Assembly: GCF_006345805.1 (NCBI RefSeq)
Contig: NC_043001.1
Location: 81,654,001-81,718,000 of the forward strand
From: Octopus sinensis
Lineage: Eukaryota
Length of the DNA stretch: 64,000 nucleotides
Reading direction: 5' to 3'
Position 1 is the stretch's first letter. Every line of letters starts with the position of its first letter. The translations under genes were made by a program, and so were the position numbers. The notes under the pieces are model-generated. The model worked only from the letters and a program-made list of their open reading frames with translations. It made no database searches and was not told the origin of the DNA. Below are positions 47,842 through 61,946 of this stretch, in pieces.

Positions 47842-50800
47842 ATATATCCGATGGGCTTCTTTCAGTTTTTGTCTACCAAATCTACTCACAAAGCTTTGGT
47901 TGGCCCAAGGCTATAATAGAAGACTTTGCCCAAGGTGCTATGATGTGGGACTGAACCCAGAACCATGTGGTTGGGAAGTAAGCTTCTTACCAAAAAAACC
48001 AGACCTACACTATTTGAAGACTATATTTTCCATTGGACACAACAACATACCCGGTCTACTGATCACTGTGGTTAGTACAGAGAAGGGACATGCTCTGTGT
48101 GCCTAGTCCCCATGTATATTGTGATGCTGCTGCTGCTGCTGATGTTATTGATAGTAAGCATTAGAGTGGTGTTAAATATCAAAGGTTAAAACCATGATTG
48201 CAGAACTGTGGTATTAGCATTAAAAGGCATTTCTGATGTTGATGGAAGACAAACAACCATCTATGCAATAAAAAGTTCTTCGCATCGATACAGACACACC
48301 ATACATGACATACACACACACAAGTATACATAGGGTCGTGTGCATTCACACACAAACAAAACCACATCTACGCAAAAAAATAAGTATATCTCCATACATA
48401 GATGCATATCATATATATATATATATATACATACACACACAAACAAAATCACATCTATATTAAAAAATAAACGTATCTGCATACACATGCATATCACACA
48501 ACCACACACACACACAAGATGCATAAATAAAGCAGGTAACCTTTAACAAATGTATTTCTGACACTTTGGAATGAATGTCTGCATAACAGCACTGGTCACT
48601 GATAGAAACCTGCCGACTACATACATACACACACAAATACATATACATACATATATACATAGGTAAAAAGTAAAAGTGAAAATAGCACGGAAGTATGTTT
48701 AAAGATGCTCTTATTTTTTTTTTTTCCTTTAATCAAACAGAAGTATTTTTGTATTGCATCAAGTGACTTTTATAAAATATTAGCAGTTCTGATGTGTATG
48801 TTCATCTAATCAATTATTAAAAATTCAAAGTGAAGAATTGGGAAATAAGAATTAAAAATGAGAAATTAAAACAATTTCTTCGCATATTCTGTGCGTAGTT
48901 AAGAGCATGTATGTTGTTACTAGACCTAACTCATTGTAGAACAGATATTGCCAAGCGTGATACTCAAATTACAGAGGAGAAGGCAAGTCATCGGATTAGG
49001 TTATAAAGAGATGATGAGCAATGTCTCAAAGAATATGGGGTGAAACCTAGCAACCAATTGATCTAGCAAATAGGGCCTCATTTCAGTGAGGTGAGAGCTT
49101 GTGTACAACGATGCCATCGAGAGGAATACCCTGAAATGGTGTGCATTCTCTCCTGATACCCCATAAGTTTGCTAGCATCCGATGCAGAGCTTTCAACTGG
49201 TAGCACTTGCATTTGCTAGTTGTTTGCAAAATCTCTCTTTCTGTGTGTGTGTGTGTGTATTTATTATTTGATAGACACAATACATGTTTTTGTGTGTTAC
49301 TAATAGTTTTTTGTGCTGAGAACATGCTAAATAATGAATTACAGTATGTGTAATATCTCTGCACAAGTCATCAGGCACAAGCCACATAGCATACACTAAA
49401 AATTGAGCTTGCTTTCCATGCTGGCATAGGTTGGACAGTTTGACAGGGGCCAGCCAGGTAAAAGACTACTCCAGGCTACTGTCTGTTTTGGTATGGTTTT
49501 TACAACTGGATGCCTTCCTAACATGAACGACCCTGCAGAGTGGACTGAGCACAAGCAAGGTCAGTTTTGGCATGGTTTTTACAGATGGATGCCCTTCCAA
49601 ATACTAACCACTTCACAGTGTGGACGGGATGCTTTTTACGTGGTACCAGTGCCAGCAGGGTCACCAAGTAACTTGCAGGACAAAGAATTTTAAGAAGGAA
49701 GGAGGCATTGGAGAAGGTGATGTATGCATGGATATATGTATGTATGAATGTCATTGTTCAGTTTTATTTCAAGATTTCTTGCAAATACAGAGAGAGCCTG
49801 TTTCTAGCCTAGATCCAAGGTTCCTTCATTGGAATTTCAACATAAACAACGGGTTATTTTTGTTTGTATGTATGTATATGTGCAGATTTGTATGTTTTGC
49901 TTTATGTATGTATTTGCTTGCATATAGTTGCATATCTAGACATGATCATATATATTCAAATGATAAACTTCTGGAAAGTTTATCAGTTCCAGTGACGGAT
50001 TGGATCTGTAGTCTTTGAATTAGCTTTCTCCTTTCTGGTTTTGAGAAGCCTAATTCCTCAAGATTGGTATTTGTGTTATGTATGTATATATAGGCTTTTA
50101 GTATGGCAAACTGCAAGGTAGCCTAACATGCAGTAAAGTGTTCGGTGATAGGAAAGGCATCCAGCTGTACAACCCAAGCCAAGGCAGATATTGGAACATG
50201 ACGCAGTCCAATGAATCTGCCAGGTCCTGTCAAAACTGTCTAACATAAGCCATCCTAGAAAATGGACATTAAAAGACGACGGTGATGATGATTCCAGTCG
50301 ATGAAACATCTGGAATACTCGTCATTGAGGCTGTCACATGATACATGTACGTATTAGTGTGCATGTGTACATATATGAAGTACACATATGCACAGACACT
50401 AAACGGTTTACACATCACCTTTGCTGTGATCAACCCCTTCTTGTATTATAACCAACATATCTTCCTTTTCCGGTGAAACTGTTTATTTCAAACAAGAGTC
50501 TGTTAGTGCATTAGCAGCTGCACCATCTGTTACTTGACATAATTACCTTCTTTTTTTTTTGTTACCTAGTATTCAGGTCACTTAGTACAACTTATCAGTA
50601 TATAATAATATATTCTATGTCATTACATAAACTCTTACAACACTGAAGCGGAACCATAACCATCACCGTCGCTGCCATCCCACCAGAAAATAAAAATGAA
50701 AACACATTTTCATATAACTGCCATCATCCAATGAAAACTATTTGTCCTGCACAGCATCTGTTATAGTTAAAACTGCATAAAAACTATGGAAGCCATTCTG

Positions 50801-51339
50801 TGCTAGCACCCTTAAGATTCCAGTTCAAAGTACATTAGTGACAGTGTATATATTTGCATATTTATGATTCATGTGTAAAAGAGGTAAAAGAGTATGTCTA
50901 GTTAGGTTACACAGTGAATATGCACCAAGACAATTGACAAGTCCTTCAACTCCTTGGAGGTCATGCAGCATGTCTAGGGTAAGAAAGCCTGGTGGAGCCC
51001 ATCCCTCTCCAGGTTAAACTCATTTCTACAAATGAGTGGACTGCAGCAATGCAAAATTAAGTGTTTTGCTCAAGAACACAACAGATCACCTTGTCCAGGG
51101 ATTGAAACCACTATCTCATGGTCGTGAATCCAACACCCTAACCACTGAGCAACTAGTGGTACTCATTTCTACAGCTGAGTGGGCTGGAGCAATGTGAGGT
51201 CAAGTGTTTTGCTCAAGAACAAAATGCATTGCCCGGTCCAGGAATCGAAACCACAATCTTATGATTGCAAGTTCAACACTTAAACCACTAAGTCACATGC
51301 CTCCACATGCACCAAGACATGGACAGTAAAATACTGATG

Positions 51340-51570
51340 AGAATAAGAGCAGGATGGAAGAGGTTTATCTCAATAAAGGCTGTGCTTAAAGTAAAGCTGG
51401 ACAAGTCCATGCATTGCCAGATTCTTTGATAGCACCATACTGCTAGAGTTCTTACATGCAAGTGAGATGAAGGCCACTACGAAGAGAGAATACAACTGGC
51501 TACAGTGCAAAGGGCCATAGAAAGATCCATGTTAGGAATATCATTGTGAAAGCAAATCTAAAACGAGAAT
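51340..51570 (+). pseudogene. Decayed RTE-clade ORF fragment
   Basis: RIRAGWKRFISIKAVL..FDSTIL..HASE..VQRAIERSMLGISL, matching the RTE post-RT region. Confidence 0.65.
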
Positions 51571-51607
51571 GATGGGAATTGTAGAATACTGGAAGTACCT
51601 ACCTACA

Positions 51608-51638
<31 letters not shown>

Positions 51639-51926
51639 GTGTCTACCGACCTACCTACTCCACCATCTATCTATCTGTCTGTCTGTCAACTATATTTGAT
51701 AGCATAAAATATGCAGAGATATATTAGACACATCCCAATTTCAGTGGAGTGTATTCAGGTAAAGTGATTTTAGTGCATTAATGTACATACTATAGGCTGA
51801 ACTTCTCATAGGGTCAGGGGTGATTTTTATGAGACTTTTTTTTTTTTTTGGTGGGGCAGGTGTCTTATATGCCATCAAGTATGGTATATATATATATATA
51901 TATATATAAAGAGAGAGATAGAGAGA

Positions 51927-52144
51927 GGAGGTGTCCATAAATTATCTTTACAATTCCAAAAATTCAGAAAAAATTTAAAATAAGCATTAAAACTCAGCAG
52001 AGTTTATTGGGAAACATAGGCAAACAAATAAAGTTTTATTAGAAACATCAAAACACTTCAAATAAATTCTGCTGAGTTATCCTGATTCTTCATTGTTTTT
52101 TTTCAAAAATTTTCCAATCGTAAAGGTAATTTATGGACACCCTG
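51927..52144. mobile_element. Tc1/mariner-type MITE
   Basis: TIRs GGTGTCCATAAATTATCTTTAC.ATT / AATCGTAAAGGTAATTTATGGACACC. Confidence 0.7.
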
Positions 52145-52492
52145 TGTGTGTATATGTATATATGAAAATGAGATGACAAAGGAATGAAATTTGTCATCTC
52201 ATTTTCATTTTTATTATCGCTCTATACTCAGCTGATGCTTCATTCTGAAAAATATGTATATTGAGTTCTATGCTGGGTTATTAGTCTCACAATGACTAAG
52301 AGAAATATTAAAATATATGCAAAAGCTCCCACTTTTTTGACATTGAAAAAATATGCACACGCACAAGACAGAAAGACAAGCAGAGAGACGAAAGTTTGTC
52401 AAGAAGAAAGCATAGTGAGAGAGAGATGTCTCAAAGATTAGAGAAGATTTTAAAGAAATAAAGCCAAACAGAAAGTACAGTGAGTGTGTGTA

Positions 52493-52719
52493 TGAGGGAG
52501 TGCTGAAGAATTCATGGGTTTAAGGGTATTGCTAAAAGCCTGGGTGGAGGCCCAAACTTACGAGTTCTTTTACAGTGCTTCGAAAAACTGAAGGGCTGCT
52601 GCAATAAGTGTGCGAACCTAGGGTGGGGGTGGGGGGAATATGTCCAATGAAATCATAATTTAACTGATACTCTTGCATTTTCTTTTATACAAAACCAGGA
52701 ACTTTTCAGTACTTCCAGG
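52493..52719 (+). mobile_element. Internally deleted mariner element
   Basis: TA-flanked TIR-like ends TGAGGGAGTGCTGAAGAATTC / GGAACTTTTCAGTACTTCC, and a decayed transposase C-terminus (EKLK..CNKC.NL.G..EYV). Confidence 0.6.
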
Positions 52720-53089
52720 TATGCGTATGTATGTCTCTCTCCCCCTCCCTCTCTATATATATATCGAGAGAGAGAGATTCATACTTATACATACACAAAT
52801 TGAGGGATGTCATGGGTACATTTACCAAAGAGGACAAGTTACCATAAAGACTTGCTCCACTGGTAGAAATACCCCAACTGCACTACCTACCCCACACCCT
52901 CACCCAAACCCCCACACCCACCCACCTAACCATCCACTGTACAGAATTGCGGGCTTGTGTGTAAGTAATATCAGCTACCCTAAATTTAATACCCATGGTA
53001 GCAGTGGTATTGGTGTTGGTGGGTGTTCTCCACCAGCACCAGCAGTAGTCTTGTTTACACTATCGGTTTAATCTTGGTAGATATCACAC

Positions 53090-53158
53090 GCACACAGCTA
53101 TATATACAAGCTCCCATACACACCGATAAACAGGCACACATACATGTGTATGTATATG

Positions 53159-53212
<54 letters not shown>

Positions 53213-53391
53213 AACACACATGTGCACAGATATATATATATATACACACACATGCATACATATAAACAGGCACAGATGGGTATGTATGAATATGTGTGTG
53301 TATACACACATACATATTGACACACAAACACATATGTATAAACAGATATATATATATATATACACACACACATACACAGATGAATATAGAT

Positions 53392-53430
<39 letters not shown>

Positions 53431-53720
53431 CACACACATATGCAGATACCTACATAGATACATACGCACACATGAATATTCAGACAGCCCCCGAAACACA
53501 CACAAACAGACATACCTACATACATATATATACACACACATATTCCTAGAACTCCCCTGGAAACAGACATAAACACACACATATTCGGCCCAGTATAAAT
53601 AAACACATACACATACATCTACTACACATCGCATATCCACATACATTTCAGGTAGTAGGCACGCAAACACACACATATACAGAAACATGCCTCACCACAC
53701 ACACACACTGTATACATAGT
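53090..53720. repeat. Compound CA/TA microsatellite field
   Basis: Source of several VCVYIY ORFs. Confidence 0.9.
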
Positions 53721-53862
53721 AGATATACAGAGGGGAGAGGTGATGTAGAGAGGTAATATAATGAAGACACTAAATATAGGTGTGTAGTGAGATATTCAGA
53801 GAGTATGTAGTTGTGGTGGTAGTGACAAAGTAGTATTAATGGTATAAGTAATGGTAGTGGTG

Positions 53863-53896
<34 letters not shown>

Positions 53897-53897
<1 letters not shown>

Positions 53898-54059
53898 CAC
53901 AGGCTTGGCTGTGTGGTAACAAGCTTGTTTCCCTATCACATGGTTCCGGGTTCAGTCCCATTGCGTGAAGCCTTAGGCAAGTGTCTTCTTATAGCCTCGA
54001 GCCGACCAAAGCCTTGTGAGTGAGTTAGGTAGATGGAACTGAAAGTAGCGTATCATATA

Positions 54060-54138
<79 letters not shown>

Positions 54139-54300
54139 CGTGTGTGTGTGTTTGTATATATGTATATATCTATGTGTTTGTGACTGAGTTTTTCTCCCTA
54201 TCACTGCTTCATGAGTGTTGGTATGTTTGCATCCCTGTAATTTAGTGGTTCAACAAAAGAGAGCAATAAAATAAATACTAGGCTTAAAAAATAAGTACTG
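53897..54300 (+). mobile_element. S2 SINE
   Basis: Head and long TA/TG core, degenerate tail. Confidence 0.7.
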
Positions 54301-54427
54301 AGGCTCATCTGATGATCAGAGTAACTGGGACCGCCATCATCATCTTAACCAATGGAGTGCCAGTTAAGTTAATTAAGGTTATGACAGGATGGCCATGACT
54401 AGAATGCTTTTAGATGATAGCATAACC

Positions 54428-54463
<36 letters not shown>

Positions 54464-54842
54464 CATATATGGGTACAGGATGTCACCAACTGTGCAAATA
54501 ACATGAAATACATAAACAATGACAGAAAAAAATGGAAAACTGGACAACAGAGAAACGACCCTTCTCCTCATTTTGAGCATTCAATGATAATATGAGTCTT
54601 CTAAGACAATTGCTCCCATAAATTCTAAAATAAAATTTAGGATTTATGGACGGTCAAAGTTGAGAACAAAACAGAACAGTGGAGACATACAAGGAAACTG
54701 AATGAAAACAAACGTAGAGGGGCATTAGACCAGAACAAGAGGAAAATAGTGAAGGCTGGGAGAAATATTTTCTTTGAAAAGAGAGAAGACAGCAAGGAGA
54801 GAATATATATATATATATATGTATATATATACATACATACAG

Positions 54843-54911
54843 AGGGATGGCCATAAGTTGCTTTACCCATTTCTTTATTAGAATTGAGTAAAGCAACTTA
54901 TGGCCATCTCT
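54843..54911. mobile_element. 69-bp mini-MITE (TIR pair with a short spacer)
   Basis: 24-bp arms (54843-54866, 54888-54911) with one mismatch, a 21-bp spacer, and TA-repeat flanks. Confidence 0.7.
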
Positions 54912-56280
54912 ATATGTATGCGTGTGTGTGTGTGCGTATATACACACATACAACAGGCACTTTCAGTTTCTGTTTACCAAATCCACTCACAAGGCTTTGG
55001 CCAGCCCAAGGCTATAGTAGAAGACACTTGCCCAAGGTGCCATGCAGTGGGACTGAACTCAGAACCATGTGCTTGGAAAGCCAGCTTCTTACCACACAGT
55101 CATGCCTGCTCATGAAATTAATGTGCAAGTGACCAAACACTCCACTGACATGCATACCCTTAATGTAGTTCTCAGAGAGATTCAACATGACACAAAAATG
55201 TGATAAGGCTGACCTTTTGAGATGCAACGTGAAAAAAAGTGTCTTGCTCAAGGAAACAGTGCACCGCTAGGAATTGAACTTATGACCTCACTATCATGAG
55301 TTGAATACCCTAACCACTAAGCCACATGCCTTTGCTATAACCTTAATTAAAGACATTATTCAACATGCCCTCCTTTGTCAAACATAGTGGTGTTTCATTT
55401 GAAGGAGATTAGGCTACCATTTCTAGCAGGTCAGGGGATTATGTAGAGGTTCTTTCACAATAGTGGTATAGGTGTCAGTAGCAATCACAGTGCAGTGTTG
55501 TTTAGGCTTAGATCTATGCGGACCAAAGGAGCCTATGACCAAAGACATCCACCACCCCACTACCATACTGTCTGTTTTCAGTCATTGCGCAAATACTTGA
55601 ATGTATTTAATTTTTCTATAAAAAAAAATAAAAGCAAACAAAAAAAAATGTAAAATGTAGTTTTTTGAGGGAGATTTGACTAGTGTTTCTAGCATGCTGA
55701 ATGACCACATAATGGCTTCCTCATTTACATGTCTGACATTTACATGTGTGTGCATGTGTGTGTGTGTGTGTGTGTGTGCGTGTGCGTGTGTATGGTTGGA
55801 TTGTACCCCTGAGAAATAATGCTTCACCAAACTGCCAGCCACCCACCCATCCACATGCAGTAGTATCCTCAATATCTTCCTGTTCTCTAACAAGATCTGC
55901 TGCCCTACCAGGACTGACAGGAAGTTTAAGAAGCTAATCTGTGCACTGACCCACAACAGAACAAGAACCTGTCATCAGCTAACTTTAAAGATAATGAAGT
56001 GATAATGAAGAGCCACTGCTGAGACATCTATTCAGCAATATCAGTCATCAGTCATCACTCACCCTCACCTCATAAATCTCTGATCACCAGCCCATGTCCT
56101 ATATGTAAGAAACTAACCAACTAGTGGGGTTTGTCTGTTGGAGGGCCAGCCCCTCTATGTTAAATAACAACAACAATAATGAGGGCAAATTCTGTTTCAT
56201 CACCAGCTACATTTGGTATTTATCTATACTAGCACTTTCCCTCCCACTATCCTCATCATCGTTGTTGTCATCACCACCCA

Positions 56281-56312
<32 letters not shown>

Positions 56313-56644
56313 ATGCACTGCACAGAAACCAGCAGGAGACCCTGACACAAGTAGAACAGCTAAACAAACATAATATTGTGTTGAATAACAGTGGATATAT
56401 TTATAAAGATAAAAATAAAAGAAAAGAAAAGAAAAATACCCAGAAAAGTGAATTATCTTAGAAATACAATACCAAATAGGGATCTTCAAACAGGCATTGA
56501 GCTCTTTTAATTCTTAGATATTGAAACAGTGTCAAGTAAGTTGAAAAGGCACAGCGTCGGATTAAAACTGTTATTGAGTTTTGTTTTACTTATCAGCATC
56601 AGTTTCAAGTTGAATAAAAGAGAATCAATCTCAATATTATTTAA

Positions 56645-56865
56645 CCCTTTTGTTACCAACCCGGCTGAAACCGGCTCTGGCTCCGAGTACAAATGTCTTG
56701 CTTTCATAAGTTTTGAATTAAAATCTTCCACCAAACCTTAGTCACAATTTATGTTCCCAACACTAGCTTAATGATAACTAAGTTATTTTACTAAATTCTT
56801 TGTTATATTTCAAATTAATAGAAAGAAACACAGAGCATCTTAAAATAAATACAGTAACAAAAGGG
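56645..56865. mobile_element. piggyBac-type MITE, opposite orientation to 9643-9862
   Basis: TTAA TSD (56641-56644, 56866-56869) and TIRs CCCTTTTGTTAC / GTAACAAAAGGG. Confidence 0.88.
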
Positions 56866-56889
56866 TTAAGCCAACAATTGACTCCCTAA

Positions 56890-57169
56890 CCACCAATCCC
56901 AGTATTATGCAAACCCCAAACTGAATCAAGCTCCAACTTCAATATTATTCAAATTCTGAACTGAATCAAGCTCAAACCTTAATATTATAGAAACTCATAA
57001 TGCAATGAAGCCCCCGACACCAATGATATTCAAACTCTGAAATGAATTAAGTTCAAGTCCTGATATTATAAAAACCCCTAAAAGAATCAACCCACAATCC
57101 TAATATTATATAAACTCCAACACATCATCCCAAATATACAAACCCACAATTAACACAACTCCTAATATT
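56890..57169. repeat. Degenerate minisatellite with a unit of about 40 bp, interrupted by a SINE
   Basis: AATATTAT..AAAC....AA.TGAATCAAG recurs at roughly 40-bp spacing. Confidence 0.6.
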
Positions 57170-57389
57170 TATTTCTTTATTGCCCACAAGGGGCTAAACA
57201 AGGACAGACAAGGGATTAAGTCGATTACATTGATCCCAGTGCATAACTGGTACTTACTTAATCGACTCCGAAAGGATGAAAGGCAAAGTCGACCTCGGTG
57301 AAATTTGAACTCAGAACGTAACGGCAAACAAAATACTGCTAAGCATTTCGCTCGGCATGCTAATGATACTGCCAGCTTGCTGCCTTAAG
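57170..57389 (-). mobile_element. Full-length S1a SINE
   Basis: 13-bp TSD AACTCCTAATATT (57157-57169, 57390-57402). Confidence 0.85.
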
Positions 57390-59236
57390 AACTCCTAATA
57401 TTACATATAACATACAACAATGTCGATAGATAGATAAATTAAAATCCATTATTACACAACTACACAATTCAGTCATTGAACTGCGGCCATACTGAGGAAT
57501 TCGGCCATAGACAATCTGCCTTGATGAATTCTGCTCAACCCATGCGAGCAAGGAAAAGTAGATGTTAACATGATGATAATAATGATGATGATAGGATGTG
57601 TTCAGTGTTGGTCAGTGCAGGGATGACAAAGTACTCTGTCAAATTTACCAGTCCTCATAAATCGCAGACCTGATGGAGCAAAGAGGCTTACAAATTAAAT
57701 TCTTTCTACACCATCAGTCAACGGAAGAGCCCATCTCAACCATTTGCTCTCTAGGGACATTTTTGACAAGCACTTAGTGCTTGTCAGACGATATACAAAG
57801 ATGGTTTACTGTTGGTCTTTGCTTGGAAATTTATAGGAAACCTCATCTTATAAGCTAGTTACAAATAAATTCACCACAGGTGCCTGGGTACAGAGAACTT
57901 GGCTGGAATATATACATCACTGTAACAGCAAAAGAGACCAACAGAACAGGTACAAGATTTAAAATAAAAAATTACTGGGATTGCCTTGTTCAAGGTAATG
58001 CCCCAGCATGGCCACAATCCGGTGACTGGAACAAGTAAAATATAAAAGAATGCAAATAATAACTAAAAGTGATCGAAAACTAATTTATCGCAGCAAACTT
58101 TTTAAATATCTGCTCTATACCCACCATCCTAACGATAAAACTGGAAATTATAAAGGAATCTTTCGAATTTTCTGTTGAGAATTGGAGCGAGGGGGAACCT
58201 GTGTGAATTTTCGAAATACTTGTGAGATTCTGCAGATTAAATTTATTTTTATTTTTTATTAAATTACACATTAACCTGTCAAAATCAAAATGCTGAATTA
58301 CCTAGTGTTTCTCCTGACATAACTTTTAGAAAAAATTTGCCTGTCAAAACTAGAGGTAGTCTATGTTGGAAGAAAAGCCTGTAATATATTTTAAAAATAT
58401 CTGATTTCTCAAGTAACCTTCACTTCTTTGTTCATTTCTCATGTTTTCCTCTCTTTCTATGTGTGACCTTTTCAAATTTATTTTTAAAGGCATCTCCAGG
58501 CACAGAGCCTGTGGTTTACACATGCTCCTACCTACCCCCAAAACTAGTAGAATAGGAGAAATATGACAGACTGATTTTATTCAATGCTGTCTCAGAAAAA
58601 AAAAAAATCTAAAAAGGGAGCCAACCCCAAAATGTTAAATTTATGTCTTCTTCAAAGGTACAGCCCTATTAAGCTTATCATAATATTTTTTATTGCAATA
58701 CACTGCCCATATTTCAATTAATTTTGAAATCAATGAAGGGCTGAATAAAATAATTTTGTTTATTGCATGAAATATTGGAAGGCTTCAACTCTTTAGCATT
58801 TAAACTGGTCAGATCCATCCAGAAGTATTCTAAATGTTCAATGTTTAATGTTCCAACTGGCCAGATCTGTCCTCTCATACCAACTCTGAGAGTGCATGTG
58901 TGTGTGTAGGTGCATGGCTTTGTGATTAGGATATTCAGCTTTATCATAAGGTCATGAGTTCAATTCCTGGTGGCATGTTGTGTCCTTGAGCAAGACACTT
59001 TATTTCCCATCACTCCAGTCCACTCAGCTGGCAAAAATGAGTAGTACCTGTATTCCAAAGGGCCAGCCTTGTCACACTCTATATCATGCTGAATCTCCCT
59101 GAGAACTATGTTAATAGTACACACATCTGTGGAGTGCTCAGCCACTTACACATTAATTTCACGAGTAGGTTGTTCCGCTGATCGGATCAACTGGAACCCT
59201 CGTCACCATAACTGACAGTGCCAGTTATATATATAT

Positions 59237-59287
<51 letters not shown>

Positions 59288-59299
59288 TAATATATATAT

Positions 59300-59337
<38 letters not shown>

Positions 59338-60529
59338 AATCACACGCTGCTGAAGTTATAGAGAATTCTATAGTAAATGAAAGAAATAAAGAAATAAAAG
59401 TTTAATATTGTTGGCTAATTAACGCATCAAAACTCTGACGGCAACGCAATATGTTTGAGTTACATGGGAAGATTTTTAACTCAAAGAGATATTGTTTTTC
59501 AATTAGCAAAGGTGGTGGGGGGAGGTGAGTGGCAGTGAAGGAGGAGAGGAAAATCATTAGGAAAATAGCATTTATCTTCTAATTTCAGACTTGGCTTGCT
59601 TGATTTATCATCTTACATCAGCTTCATCATTTCATACAGACATTAAGTGTGTATGTGTGTGTGTGTGTAGGGAATGAGATGGAAAAACGGTGGGGGTGAG
59701 AGAGAGAGAGAGTGAGAGAGAAAAAGGAGACAGTATTAGTAATAGCAAGGATGATGATGATGGTGATGTGATGATAAGAACAATAATAATAATAATTAAT
59801 AATAATAATAATAATGATGATAATAATGTCATTTTAATGATGATAAAAGAAGGAAAAGAAGAATGAAAGGAAAGAGATATTTCACATTCGTTTGTTTACA
59901 TTTGAAAATTTCCACCATTTTTACTCTTGCAGTGCCACAAGCAGCTGGCATTGCTGAAGAATTCCATTCTGTTTTATTCCATTCCACAATCTCCTTACCA
60001 CCACCACCACACCACTATCGGCTCTTCAACAGAAACCTCAGTAGAAAAAAAAAAACCCCCAAAGAACAAAAAATACTGACAATTCAATACAATACAATAT
60101 ATAGCGATGGTAGCAGCTTTACCATATTCCTTGTTAATCAGCTCATCGACCTTAATATCTAAATTGGTGCACTTGAAAAATTATAAACCAAACAACACTA
60201 AGTGATCCACGACCACCACCGAGAAAGAAGGAAAGAAACAAACAAAGCAGGTCATAAAAAGGAGGAGGAAAAGGTAGAGGAAGAGGAGGAAGAAGAAGAG
60301 GAAATAGAAGGTGTTGGAATGGTATTGTTTGTTTATTTATTCAACCATTTATTGACTTCGCTCTTAATCAAAGGAACTCCCTGAATGAACAGCACAACAC
60401 TGGGTAAACACGTTTTAAAGCCGGTCGTTTGTTAAGTTTGTTATGCGGCTGGCTCCGGAGCTCAGCCAGAAGAATGGAAAGGGGTTATATCAGTCTTTCA
60501 GCCCTATCTATTGCTGATACTGCTACTCT

Positions 60530-60618
60530 TCCTCCTACTGTTGCCGCTGCTGCTGTTTCTATCACTACCACAACTACTACCATTACGACCACAACTGATA
60601 TTTCTATTACACGCCACC

Positions 60619-60650
<32 letters not shown>

Positions 60651-60790
60651 AACTGATAATGCTGCCGGCACCACCACTGTTACTACTGCTGCCACCATCA
60701 CCTCCACCACTGCCAACCACTATTACTACCATCACCATCACCATTGCTGCCTCTACCACTACCATCTCCATCACTTCTAACCACTGATCA
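60530..60790. repeat. Mosaic trinucleotide repeat (ACT/ACC/GCT)
   Basis: Poly-Thr, poly-His and poly-Val ORFs in several frames. Confidence 0.8.
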
Positions 60791-61429
60791 CTACCAATGT
60801 GGAAGGATGAAATGACTGGCATCATCGTAGCAGAAACAACACAATGTTTCTATAACAAAGGCCTCATCACCATCACCATCGTTGTTTAATGTCTATACAT
60901 ATCAATACATAGATGCAGGCATGGTTGTGTGGTAAGGAGACTGCTTCCCACCCACATGGTTCTGGGTTCAATCCCAGTGCATGGCACCTCAGGCAGATGT
61001 CTTCTACGATAGCTTCAGGCCGACCAAAGCCTTGTGAGTGGATTTGGTAAAACCGAGACCACATGTTTGGAAAGCAAGCTTCTTAACCACACAGCCACAC
61101 CTTGTGATATTTAGCTATGTGTTCAAATCCTGCTGAGGTTGGCTTTACCTTCCACCATTCTGGGAGTTGAAAAGACAAAAGAACTAGTTAAGTACTGCAG
61201 ACAATTTAATCAAATTTAATTCTTCAGCATTTATACTGACCATACCTGACCCTAATATCCTGCAAGTTTCACGTTCAAGCTGGACAGATCCTGCCTCTCG
61301 TGCTTACCCTACAATATCATTCTAAAAGGGAATCATCACATCACTGAAATCTCAAAGCTACGAGGTAATGCTTGATTCAAGATGATGTGAATGTGTTTGT
61401 GGAGATCTGTCAAGCTTAGTGCTACAGCA

Positions 61430-61575
61430 CATATTCTGCTCAATACCACAGGTTTGCTTGTCAGTTGTTTGACCTTAATCTGTTAAGCATGTCTCTTGGT
61501 AGCTGACGATATGTGCATCTCTGATCATGAGCAGAAGTAGTGAAGGAGCTTCGTGACCATGTGTTGAGAGGAATT
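61430..61575. repeat. Interspersed repeat; near-identical longer copy at about 63680-63990, related to 14400-14580
   Basis: ATATTCTGCTCAATACCACAG.TTTGCTTGTCAGTTGTTTGACCTTAATC..GAGAGGAATTCTTTG is shared. Confidence 0.8.
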
Positions 61576-61659
61576 CTTTGGGATTTGAATAATTCAGATC
61601 TGTCAAGCTTAGTGAAATCATGTCAGTGTCATGTAAATTGCACCCGTGCCGGAGGCACA

Positions 61660-61946
61660 TTAAAACCAGCTTTCGAGCGCTGGACCTCATGGAGGCAATG
61701 ACAAGTGACCGAGACCTTTGGCAATATGCTGTGCTTAAGTAGGAAGATCCACCATCAGGCCAAGTGAAATCGTGGTTGTGGCAGATATTGATGTCACTCT
61801 CGGAGTGGTGGGCATTAGGAAGGGCATCCAGCTGTAGAAACCATGCCAAATCAGACTGGAGTCTGGTGCAGCCCCTCAGTTTACCAGCCCTGGTCAAACC
61901 ATCCAAACTATACAGCATGGACAACGGACATTAAAGGATGATGATA
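61660..61946 (+). mobile_element. RTE-LINE 3' end
   Basis: Encodes LDLMEAMTSDRDLWQYAVLK*, an RTE C-terminal DR..W motif, followed by the shared 3' UTR and ATG repeats. Confidence 0.7.

Noticed and set aside
60447-60467. Imperfect GC-rich palindrome GGCTGGCTCCGGAGCTCAGCC
   Set aside because: Too short and single-copy to distinguish from chance.
60429-60825. Poly-Thr, poly-His and poly-Val ORFs resembling a mucin exon
   Set aside because: Trinucleotide mosaic open in several frames, with no convincing splice sites.
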